From: Macrostomum hystrix
Taxonomy: Eukaryota > Animalia > Platyhelminthes
Reading direction: 5' to 3'
Assembly: GCA_950097015.1 (NCBI GenBank)
Contig: CATNEN010000029.1
Coordinates: 682,001 to 746,000, forward strand
DNA: 64,000 nucleotides
Below are positions 30,975 through 42,900 of the stretch, one piece after another. How positions within the stretch are numbered: the first letter of the stretch is position 1; every line of letters begins with the position of its first letter. A program made the position numbers and the translations under genes. The notes under the pieces are model-generated. The model had not been told where the DNA came from. It ran no database searches and saw only the letters and a list, made by a program, of their open reading frames with translations.

Positions 30975-32287
30975 GAAGGACTGGAAGATGGGTAGGGACT
31001 GTCTCCTGAAGGATTGGATGATGGGTAGGGACTGTGTCCTGAAGGATTGGATGATGGGTAGGGACTGTGTCCTGAAGGATTGGATGATGGGTAGGGACTG
31101 TGTCCTGAAGGATTGGATGATGGGTAGGGACTGTCTCCTGAAGGATTGGATGATGGGTAGGGACTGTGTCCTGAAGGATTGGATGATGGGTAGGGACTGT
31201 GTCCTGAAGGATTGGATGATGGGTAGGGACTGTGTCCTGAAGGATTGGATGATGGGTAGGGACTGTCTCCTGAAGGATTGGATGATGGGTAGGGACTGTG
31301 TCCTGAAGGATTGGATGATGGATAGGGACTGTCTCCTAAAGGATTGGATGATGGGTAGGGACTGTGTCCTGAAGGATTGGATGATGGGTAGGGACTGTGT
31401 CCTGAAGGATTGGATGATGGGTAGGGACTGTGTCCTGAAGGATTGGATGATGGGTAGGGACTGTGTCCTGAAGGATTGGATGATGGGTAGGGACTGTGTC
31501 CTGAAGGATTGGATGATGGGTAGGGACTGTGTCCTGAAGGATTGGATGATGGATAGGGACTGTCTCCTAAAGGATTGGATGATGGGTAGGGACTGTGTCC
31601 TGAAGGATTGGATGATGGATAGGGACTGTGTCCTGAAGGATTGGATGATGGGTAGGGACTGTGTCCTGAAGGATTGGATGATGGATAGGGACTGTCTCCT
31701 AAAGGATTGGATGATGGGTAGGGACTGTGTCCTGAAGGATTGGATGATGGGTAGGGACTGTGTCCTGAAGGATTGGATGATGGGTAGGGACTGTGTCCTG
31801 AAGGATTGGATGATGGGTAGGGACTGTGTCCTGAAGGATTGGATGATGGGTAGGGACTGTGTCCTGAAGGATTGGATGATGGGTAGGGACTGTGTCCTGA
31901 AGGATTGGATGATGGGTAGGGACTGTGTCCTGAAGGATTGGATGATGGGTAGGGACTGTGTCCTGAAGGATTGGATGATGGGTAGGGACTGTGTCCTGAA
32001 GGATTGGATGATGGGTAGGGACTGTGTCCTGAAGGATTGGATGATGGGTAGGGACTGTCTCCTAAAGGATTGGATGATGGGTAGGGACTGTGTCCTGAAG
32101 GATTGGATGATGGGTAGGGACTGTCTCCTGAAGGATTGGATGATGGGTAGGGACTGTCTCCTGAAGGATTGGATGATGGGTAGGGACTGTGTCCTGAAGG
32201 ATTGGATGATGGGTAGGGACTGTGTCCTGAAGGATTGGATGATGGGTAGGGACTGTGTCCTGAAGGATTGGATGATGGATAGGGATG
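30975..32287 (+). repeat. 33 bp minisatellite (gaaggattggatgatgggtagggactgtgtcct)
   Basis: About 40 copies; source of the spurious 513-aa and 487-aa ORFs. Confidence 0.95.
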
Positions 32288-32867
32288 GGTAGTCATAAAA
32301 TCTCGATAAGCACTTTACATTTTTCTTTATCTCTTGGAAAGCTTTTCTGATTTTTGGATTTGTTTATACTTGTCGTGGAAAAGTTGCACACAGAACATTC
32401 TTAAATCCAAAGCAATCACAGACTATTTGAGTCTAGCTGGGTCCACAGGGTTCTTATTTGCTCAAGGTGTTCCCTCGGCGGAGCCAGGATGAGTTGGCCT
32501 GTCAGTTTGATTGACAGGCCACAGTGGCACTGGCAGTTCTGCGGCTGTGCCTGTAGTTACGCAGGTTGGATTAACTAAGAAATTGTGAGAGCGAGTTTGA
32601 GTCATTCCTTTTGGCACACATACTATAGCTGCTTTTGAGACGGCCTCATTCCGCTCACTCTAGACTGAGTTTTTGTAGACTCCACTTTAAAGTGCTGAGG
32701 AAGTTCATTATTACACAATGTCTACTTGCTTAACTTTGAACAATCCGAATATTGTCTATTGTTCTCATAGATTTTATACGAAAATATTGTATTTACTTCT
32801 CTCTCAACAAAGATTGAAAAATCAGCAAATTTCATTAAAATTGCTACTACGCCGTATAGACCCAGAT

Positions 32868-33150
32868 CTGCACATTCCCAGAACTGCACATTCCCAGAAC
32901 TGCACATTCCCAGAACTGCACATTCCAGAACTGCACATTCCAGAACTGCACATTCCCAGAACTACACATTCCCAGAACTGCACATTCCAGAACTGCACAT
33001 TCCAGAACTGCACATTCCCAGAACTGCACATTCCCAGAACTGCACATTCCCAGAACTGCACATTCCCAGAACTGCACATTCCCAGAACAACACATTCCCT
33101 GATCTTTGCATTCCCAGAACTACACATTCCCAGAACTACAAATTCCCAAA
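32868..33150 (+). repeat. 15-16 bp minisatellite (ctgcacattcccagaa)
   Basis: About 17 copies. Confidence 0.9.
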
Positions 33151-33965
33151 ACTAGACTCCCCAGAAAAGTACACTTCTAGATTCCCAGTAATTTCTGGGT
33201 TCTCAGAATTTAGATTTCCAGTTCGTTAGAACTATTTAAATGATTAGTTCGTTGCGAAGTAATACAGAAGTAGCAGCTACTGCCGCTAATATAGTTCGAA
33301 CGGTATTAACTGCGTAGAACACTTTATTTCTAGCTGCTTTCGTCGAAGCATGTTGTGAAACGGTAGAGAGCTCGTATGGGAAATCTGTTCTGAAGCAAGC
33401 AGTGCAGCCCGATGGAGTGAGAGGGTGAGATTTCGGATAGAGAACGCGGTCATGGCTAGCTAGAGCATCGGTTACTGGAAATGTGACCGAATATAGCTAT
33501 GCGGCAAGCGACTGAATATTAACAATGCTTTTGGCCACCTACCCCCATCAGCCTTACCTTGTCGCACGGCACAGCTGTAGCGGAGGCCCCACCCAGTCGC
33601 ATCACTCACAGCCGCAGTTATTCGAAGCCCTCACCGCCATTGTGTTTGTACTCGGAAATGGAAAGAAGTTGAGCCATCAAGCAGCTGGAGAGACTGGGTG
33701 AGACTGGGTGATGAAGCTGAGAGAGAAATAGAAGCAAGAAGATAAAATAAGTGGCACAAGGGCGTTGTGCCATGATTGCAATTCAGTTTGTCTTCTAGAA
33801 GCAAAATCCACGCTGACTATCGGGATTTGAAACTCAAACTCGCATCCCCTGAACCCGGCGAATCCCATTAGCTGCCGCCCCCTGCCCCACCTCTGACCCA
33901 ATAGGGATCGGAGCCGGCTGCTGAGTCCAAATCGATTGAGTCTTATCAACTCGCAATTTGATCCG

Positions 33966-36900
33966 ATGGAGCGAGAATCTGCGACAACACCGGCAGCGGC
34001 TGCTGACACAGGACTCACCCAGGGCGACATGAACTCTGGCTTCGTGTGCATTGGCGACTACATCGGGCTCTTCTGCGAGGACACGGATGGTCACGTGTTC
34101 TCGCAGAACTCCTGGTAACTATGACAACGGAGCTGTCTTGTTGTATTATCCATGAGTCTAATCTTATAGTCTGTTTTCATATATATATAATAGATTAAAT
34201 TACACCTAGCACATTTGGGCCACATGTACAGTCACTGTTCAGTCCATGGACTGGGGAGGCTGCAACACCTACTAATTGCTAGTCCAGCTAATGCTAGCAC
34301 GCATTTTACAATTAGTTAAACTGAAGCACTAAAGAAACAAGTGTCTTGCTGTAAATGATACAATTTATTTCCTTAGGCTCAGGTTTGAACCCGTGAGCTT
34401 TTGAGTCAGATGTCCGAAGCTTTAAAAACCGGACTGCAAAATGTTTCTGATTGTCAAACTTTCGATCATAATATGTCTTTTCTCATGGTCTCACTCTTAT
34501 AGTCTCACTCTCATAGTCTCACTCTCATAGTCTCACATTAATAGTCTCACTCTCATAGTCTCACTTTAATAGTCTCACTCTCATAGTCTCACTCTAATCG
34601 TCTCACTCTCATAGTCTAACTCTCATAGTCTCACTCTCATAGTCTCACTCTCATAGTCTCACTCTCATAGTCTCACATTAATAGTCTCACTCTCATAGTC
34701 TCACTCTCATAGTCTCACTCTCATAGTCTCACTCTCATAGTCTCACTTTAATAGTCTCACTCTCATAGTCTCACTCTCATAGTCTCACTCTCATAGTCTC
34801 ACTCTCATAGTCTCACTCTCATAGTCTCACATTAATAGTCTCACTCTCATAGTCTCACTTTAATAGTCTCACTCTCATAGTCTCACTTTAATAGTCTCAC
34901 TCTCATAGTCTCACTCTCATAGTCTCACTCTCATAGTCTCACTCTCATAGTCTCACTCTCATGGTCTCACTCTTATAGTCTCACTCTCATAGTCTCACTC
35001 TCATAGTCTCACATTAATAGTCTCACTCTCATAGTCTCACTCTCATAGTCTCACTCTCATAGTCTAACTCTCATAGTCTCACATTAATAGTCTCACTCTC
35101 ATAGTCTCACTTTAATAGTCTCACTCTCATAGTCTCACTCTCAATCTCAAAATCTTGTCGCCTAGTGTTATTTATACTTCAGCCCGACCCGGAATTCAGC
35201 GCCGCTTCCTTCCACACCTTCAGTGCGGCATTCAACGGCCTGTTTGTGTACCACAACAGCGACCGCGACAGGCCAACCAATGTGCCGGATCCGCAGGGTG
35301 AGAATTTTCAGCATGTATTTGAGAGCTTTGATCTCTTCTAATAAAAGTACATTCCTAGGGTGGCAATAAAACTGTAGCACTAAACGTTCATCAATTTGCG
35401 GGATGCAATCATATACTGCATGAGAATTCGATAGCGGTTGTCAGTTTAAGCAATTATTACTCAAATTTCCGCGTGGAGAATTGGCTATCAAATTGGCAAC
35501 TATTTTCGAACCACCCCTAAATCGAGCAGTGCTGCTGTTTCAAGTTTGCATTCAAAACCGGTACAAGCTGGACAAGAAATACCGCAAGATATCCTCTAGC
35601 GAGCCCGCTGGACCGCGGCAGCCACAGCAGCAACAGCAGCAGCAGCCGCAGCAGCTGGACTCAGGAGAAGCGTCACCCCTGACACAGCCAGAGGCCGAGC
35701 AGCAGCAGCAGCAGCCGCAGCAGCAGCAGCAGCAGACGGCGGAGACTGACTTTGACACGCGGCTACACTTGGAGCAGGCAAGAAATGCTGCTGCAGCAGA
35801 GAATGTTGACAACATGGCCGAACAGAGGAGAAACTTAGGCAAGCGAGTTCGCTACGGTGAAATTATACAGGTGAGCATTTGAGACAGCATTGTTAGCCAA
35901 TGGTACCAATTTCTCAAATTCAAGCCTTACAATGCGACTCTCCCGCGCAATTTCAGTTGAAGCACATTTTCACGGACAAGTTCATTCACGTGAACACTAA
36001 TCACACCAGCCAGCAGGACAAGAACAATATGCTGGTGAGTTTTTTCCTTGCTCAAAGACCAGGGCTGAGATTCGAACTCCCGACCTCTTGGATATGAGTC
36101 CGAAACTTTAACCATAGAGGTACAAACTCTGTTTAAATTGCATATTTCAATCCAAGTTACAATTTTAAAAGAATGATTTTCACCAACTCACTGCAGCTCT
36201 CGCTACACGAGTACAACTCAAACAATGCTCAGTTTAGAATTCTGCCGCGCTACAAAGTGAAATCTGAAGGCGAATTTGTGAGTAGGATGATTGCTGTGAG
36301 CGCTTTCCGTATGTTTCAAATCCCAGTGTCTATAACGAAAATCAATTGATTATGAACAGGTGCAACTATTGGATCAGATATCGCTGGAATCGATCAAGAG
36401 TCCAGGACATTATTTCCATGCAAGCCAGGGATTTAACACTGGCCCCGAGTCCCGGAGATACTTCGTGTGAGCTAAGCTTGACGATTCCAGTTCTTGTTTT
36501 AGGAAAAAGCTGTTTATTTTTTAACAAAACTGAGAAAACTGTTGATTTTTTCTCTCCTCCAGATCGGAATTGAACCTGGGTGTCGAGCAGACCGGTTTCA
36601 CCATCATCAAGTCGCACGGATGCAGCGAACAGCCTGAGGCATTTGCGAGGGTGCGTAGCTGTTTGATTCTGATTGGCTGTAAATTCATTGCAGCAGTTTG
36701 AGTGAGGCTAGAATCTGATTGGCTGTGTCTTCACTGCAGCAGTTTGTGTGAGGCTAGAATCTGATTGGCTGTGTCTTCACTGCAGCAGTTTGAGTGAGGC
36801 TAGAATCTGATTGGCTGTGTCTTCACTGCAGCAGTTTGTGTGAGGCTAGAATCTGATTGGCTGTGTCTTCACTGCAGCAGTTTGTGTGAGGCTAGAATCT

Positions 36901-39900
36901 GATTGGCTGTGTCTTCACTGCAGCAGTTTGAGTGAGGCTAGAATCTGATTGGCTGTGTCTTCACTGCAGCAGTTTGAGTGAGGCTAGAATCTGATTGGCT
37001 GTCTTCACTGCAGCAGTTTGAGTGAGGCTAGAATCTGATTGGCTGTGTCTTCACTGCAGCAGTTTGAGTGAGGCTAGAATCTGATTGGCTGTGTCTTCAC
37101 TGCAGCAGTTTGTGTGAGGCTAGAATCTGATTGGCTGTGTCTTCACTGCAGCAGTTTGAGTGAGGCTAGAATCTGATTGGCTGTGTCTTCACTGCAGCAG
37201 TTTGAGTGAGGCTAGAATCTGATTGGCTGTGTCTTCACTGCAGCAGTTTGAGTGAGGCTAGAATCTGATTGGCTGTGTCTTCACTGCAGCAGTTTGAGTG
37301 AGGCTAGAATCTGATTGGCTGTGTCTTCACTGCAGCAGTTTGTGTGAGGCTAGAATCTGATTGGCTGTGTCTTCACTGCAGCAGTTTGTGTGAGGCTAGA
37401 ATCTGATTGGCTGTGTCTTCACTGCAGCTGTTTGAGTGATGCTTTAATCTGATTGGCTGTATCTTCACTGCAGCAGTTTGAGTGAGGCTAGAATCTGATT
37501 GGCTGTGTCTTCACTGCAGCAGTTTGTGTGAGGCTAGAATCTGATTGGCTGTGTCTTCACTGCAGCTGTTTGAGTGATGCTTTAATCTGATTGGCTGTAT
37601 CTTCACTGCAGCAGTTTGAGTGAGGCTAGAATCTGATTGGCTGTGTCTTCACTGCAGCAGTTTGAGTGAGGCTAGAATCTGATTGGCTGTGTCTTCACTA
37701 CAGCTGTTTGAGTGATGCTTTAATCTGATTGGCTGTGGACCTGATTTCTTTCTATGCTGACAAAATTTTTTTTTTCAATTAAATGATTTAAACAGGGTGG
37801 GCAGTTTGTTCAACTGTTTCACAAGGAGCTAGAAGCCTATGTCGTCGCCGAGGGACTATTCGATCAGGATGTCACAGAGGACGGTAAGCCTGATTAAACA
37901 GTTTTGTATTATAACTCTGCTGATCCGTGTGGGGTATTTCGATTTGACTAAATATGGCATTTCATTTCCGCAGTGCACCTGAGAATCCGAGAGATCGACC
38001 AGTTGAATCCGCGTACTCTGCATTCGTCAACCTCGGCCGTCACCTACTGGCAGATGGAACCGGAGAGCACAGTGCTGAATGGCGAAGTGCTGACCTGGGA
38101 CCAGCAGTTCAGGTTCCGGCACGCCACAACTCGCAAATACCTGAGCGTCAGGCATGCCAGCGAGACCTACTCGGTGACTCTCTCGGACGATCCAACTGAT
38201 CCGCGCACCGTGTTCAAGATGCACCCGGTGCTGCAGGACTCACCTGAGCTCAAGTTTGAGAGCTACGCTAGGATTGAGCACGTCATCACGGGCTGCTGGT
38301 TGCATGCTATTAAGGGTCAGCAGCGAAGGCGCTCATGTGTTGCGAGGCTTTGGGTGGTTGCGAGGTTTTAGATAAGGGGGTGTCTAACCCACAAAATTGG
38401 TGTGTAACCCACAAGATTGGGTGTCTAACCCACAAGATTGGGTGTGTAACCCACAAGATTGGGTGTGTAACCCACAAGATTGGGTGTCTAACCCACAAGA
38501 TTGGGTGTGTAACCCACAAGATTGGGTGTGTAACCCACAAGATCAGGTGCCTAACCCACAAGATTGGGTGTCTAGCCCACAAGATTGGGTGTCTAACCCA
38601 CAAGATTGAGTGTCTAACCCACAAGATTGAGTGTCTAACCCAGAAGATTGGGTGTCTAGCCCACACGATTGGGTGTCTAACCCACAAGATTGGGTGTCTA
38701 ACCCACAAGATTGGGTGTCTAGCCCACAAGATTGGGTGTCTAACCCACAAGATTGGGTGTCTAACCCACAAGATTGGGTGTCTAACCCACAAGATTGGGT
38801 GTCTAACCCACAAGATTGAGTGTCTAACCCACAAGATTGAGTGTCTAACCCACAAGATTGGGTGTCTAGCCCACAAGATTGGGTGTCTAACCCACAAGAT
38901 TGAGTGTCTAACCCACAAGATTGGGTGTCTAACCCACAAGATTGAGTGTCTAACCCACAAGATTGAGTGCCTAACCCACAATATTGGGTGTCTAACCCAC
39001 AAGATCAGGCGTCTAACCGACAGAGACGTCAAACAGAGGCCTCAAATCCAGAGAAACTTTGCGCATAGTTTCTGGCGAAAATTGTCCTATGTTGTTCCCA
39101 CCGGTTACTTTTCAGACAAGTCCTACCAGAGGAAGGAGTTTCTGAACATGGAAGACGAAAAATCGATGCAAGCTTTGCGCTGGGATGGTGGAGAGCTGAG
39201 AGAGGTGTGTTTTCGAGTTGAGAGATTGATTTTGTGCCATAGAATGCATTCATTGAATCTCATTCTCCTCAGATTACGTGCTGCTTCGATCGCCGCTATG
39301 ACGACGCCTACACAATTCAGAAGGTGGAGCCGGAGCACGTGATGAGCTTTAATTTTGTAGCCGGCGTTGTGCCCACCCTTCTGGACCTTATCAATGCTGT
39401 AAGTACACTCGAATTTGAGTACATTTGAGTTTTGAGTACAGTTAAAATTGAGTACAGTTAAAATTGAGTACAGTTAAAATTAAGTACAGTTAAAATTGAG
39501 TACAGTTAAAATTGAGTACAGTTAAAATTGAGTACAGTTAAAATTGAGTACAGTTAAAATTGAGTACAGTTAAATTTGAGTACAGTTAAATTTGAGTACA
39601 GTTAAAATTGAGTACAGTTAAATTTGAGTACAGTTAAATTTGAGTACAGTTAAATTTGAGTACAGTTAAATTTGAGTACAGTTAAATTTTAAGTATAGTT
39701 AAATTTGAGTACAGTTAAATTTGAGTACAGTTAAATTTGAGTACAGTTAAATTTGAGTAAAATTGAGTAAATTTGGATTTGAATTAGATTATATTTGAGT
39801 TTGAATTTGAGTTTGGTTACACTTGATTTTGAGTGAGTTTGAGTTTGATCCCATTCGAATTTTGGTACTATCGAGTTTATGAACTGTAAGTACTTTCCCT

Positions 39901-42900
39901 TTTCAAGTAAAACTAGTTAAAACACATTAATTGGTTGCCGACAGACTAAAGTCGAAAGCTCCAGAATGCTGTTTTATTATTACGCAAGCTTCAATATTGC
40001 AGAGACAGACAGGGAAGCCCCTATCCAGCAAGGAGACATTCCGGATCTGTCACGCTCTCAGGGAGCTGCGCGGCTTCATGCTGGTTAACGGAGAGCCGTG
40101 CAAGGCGAAACAGAAACTGCTGCGCAACCTGAGGGTGAGGCTCATGGGCTATAACTGTCTGGGTCATTGTGCTCATGGACTATAACTGTCTGGGTCATTG
40201 TGCTCATGGACTATAACTGTCTGGGTCATTGTGCTCATGGGCTATAACTGTCTGGGTCATTGTGCTCATGGGCTATAACTGTCTGGGTCATTGTGCTCAT
40301 GGACTATAACTGTCTGGGTCATTGTGCTCATGGGCTATAACTGTCTGGGTCATTGTGCTCATGGGCTATAACTGTCTGGGTCATTGTGCTCATGAATTCT
40401 AACTGTCTGGGTCATTGTGCTCATGGACTATAACTGTCTGGGTCATTGTGCTCATGGGCTATAACTGTCTGGGTCATTGTGCTCATGGATTCTAACTGTC
40501 TGGGTCATTGTGCTCATGGGCTATAACTGGCTGGGTCATTGTGCTCATGGGCTATAACTGTCTGGGTCATTGTGCTCATGGATTCTAACTGTCTGGGTCA
40601 TTGTGCTCATGGACTATAACTGTCTGGGTCATTGTGCTCATGGACTATAACTGTCTGGGTCATTGTGCTCATGGGCTATAACTGTCTGGGTCATTGTGCT
40701 CATGGATTCTAACTGTCTGGGTCATTGTGCTCATGGGCTATAACTGGCTGGGTCATTGTGCTCATGGGCTATAACTGTCTGGGTCATTGTGCTCATGGAT
40801 TCTAACTGTCTGGGTCATTGTGCTCATGGACTATAACTGTCTGGGTCATTGTGCTCATGGACTATAACTGTCTGGGTCATTGTGCTCATGGGCTATAACT
40901 GTCTGGGTCATTGTGCTCATGGGCTATAACTGTCTGGGTCATTGTGCTCATGGATTCTAACTGTCTGGGTCATTGTGCTCATGGATTCTAACTGTCTGGG
41001 TCGTGGAGGTTACGGAGTTGCACGTACTCACGTACGTTAATATGTACTGTAGGTACTTTGAAGTACATATGAATGTATTTAAGAATCTTAGATCATCAGT
41101 GTCATTGAATATAACTGTTTAGGTCATGGGGATCTAATGGTCAAGAGCTACATGCAAGTCTAAAAGTGATTTCCAAAAATATCTTTTGTGCTATTTTAAA
41201 CTAATGGTATCATGGGTTATAGCGTCTGTTCAGAGCTTTGTAGCCTAAGCGAATTTATTGAATGCATATTCCCACAGGTGATTGACCTCCTGGTCATGCT
41301 ACTCAAGTTTCCACTGAAAGGTGCTCAAGATGAGCACAACCTGACGAAGGTATTTAGCGAGGCTTATGACATTCTTCACACCTACATGATGGGCAACAGT
41401 CGCAAGAATGCTCTGTACTTTGCTAAGTACATTGAGTTCTTTCAAACTCAAATGGTCGACAAGGTGAGCAGCACGTGAGCATCATGCCAGAGACACAGGT
41501 GATAGTGCCAGACACACAGGTGATAGTGCCAGACACACAGGTGATAGTGCCAGACACACAGGTGATAGTGCCAGACACACAGGTGATAGTGCCAGACACA
41601 CAGGTGATAGTGCCAGACACACAGGTTATAGTGCCAGACACACAGGTGATAGTGCCAGACACACAGGTGATAGTGCCTGAGACGCAGGCGATAATAGCCG
41701 CACACAGCACAGGATATAGCAGCACAGACACAGGTAACATGGTAGACGCAGTGTAGGTGCTAATTGAAGCACGCTGTCAATGAAAATGAAATGAAAACTT
41801 ACAATAGCATTCGCCGCCTCGTGACAAATAACCGCAATAATAATTGTACGTTTTGACATACGTTTTGAGTAGGTACTTAAGCAAAAAGTTCGACTGAGTC
41901 GACAGTTTTATGCGAAAATTGCTTAGAGTGTGGTGTGCAAGATAAATACGAAAATGCGGAAAATTAATTTCAGGTCCTGCCAAGCAACGAGAGTAATGAT
42001 GAGAGCAATGATGACGAGCAAAAGAGTGTGGGTTGCTATGCTGCTATTTTGAGTAGTTTTACCCAGTTTTCTAACACTTTGCAGCCTCATGCAACATCGT
42101 GAGCGCAGTTGCAGTGACATGCATTTTTAAGGAGAGCATAGATCTAACGCACCGACTCTTGTTTTCCATCACTTTTAATGAAAGCATTCTAGCTTAAATT
42201 TCTATGAATTGCACGCTTAAAAACCTGGGAGCTCAAATTATTAGCTCGACTGCCTTTATATTTTATTAATTAAAAACACTTCAAATATTTATTAAAGTAC
42301 TCACGTACTAAAGTACTCACGTACTAAAGTACTCACGTACTAAAGTACTCACGTACTAAAGTACTCACGTACTAAAGTACTCACGTACTAAAGTACTCAC
42401 GTACTAAAGTACTCACGTACTAAAGTACTCACGTACTAAAGTACTCACGTACTAAAGTACTCACGTACTAAAGTACTCACGTACTAAAGTACTCACGTAC
42501 TAAAGTACTCACGTACTAAAGTACTCACGTACTAAAGTACTCACGTACTAAAGTACCCAAGTACTAAAGTACATAATTGTTAGTGTACTCAGGTACTAAA
42601 TTACTCCCCCACTAAAGTACTTAAGTAGTACAGTATTCACGTACTAACTGAACACGGGTACCGGTAGTGAAATGCTTAGGGTACAAGAGTACTTAAAATT
42701 TCGAAGTAATAAGGCGGTTGGTGCTGAGATATTGAGATTTTTCAATATGTTTACTGTATATGCTGGCATACGACACAAAAATGAACCTGGAAGTTTACAT
42801 TGCCCATTCGCACTTAAGAAATTCAAGCAAAATCTAATACTCGTTGAATCTAGGATAATGGAGCTTTAAACAGAGAATTCGTGTCTCATTTAATTCCAGT

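Noticed and set aside
30751-32296. 513-aa (+) and 487-aa (-) ORFs with GRDCVLKDWMM / PYPSSNPSGHS repeats
   Set aside because: A stop-free 33 bp unit gives long ORFs on both strands; no splice or signal support
36058-36122. tRNA gene (CAT-like anticodon loop)
   Set aside because: B-box present but no acceptor stem, and the anticodon arm is imperfect; related degenerate copies elsewhere point to a SINE
38310-39342. 240-335 aa ORFs (CLTHKIG repeats) and similar ORFs at 9277-10049, 11386-13143, 59133-59868, 60726-62277 and 62736-63359
   Set aside because: All are translations of intronic or intergenic minisatellites whose units lack stops in that frame
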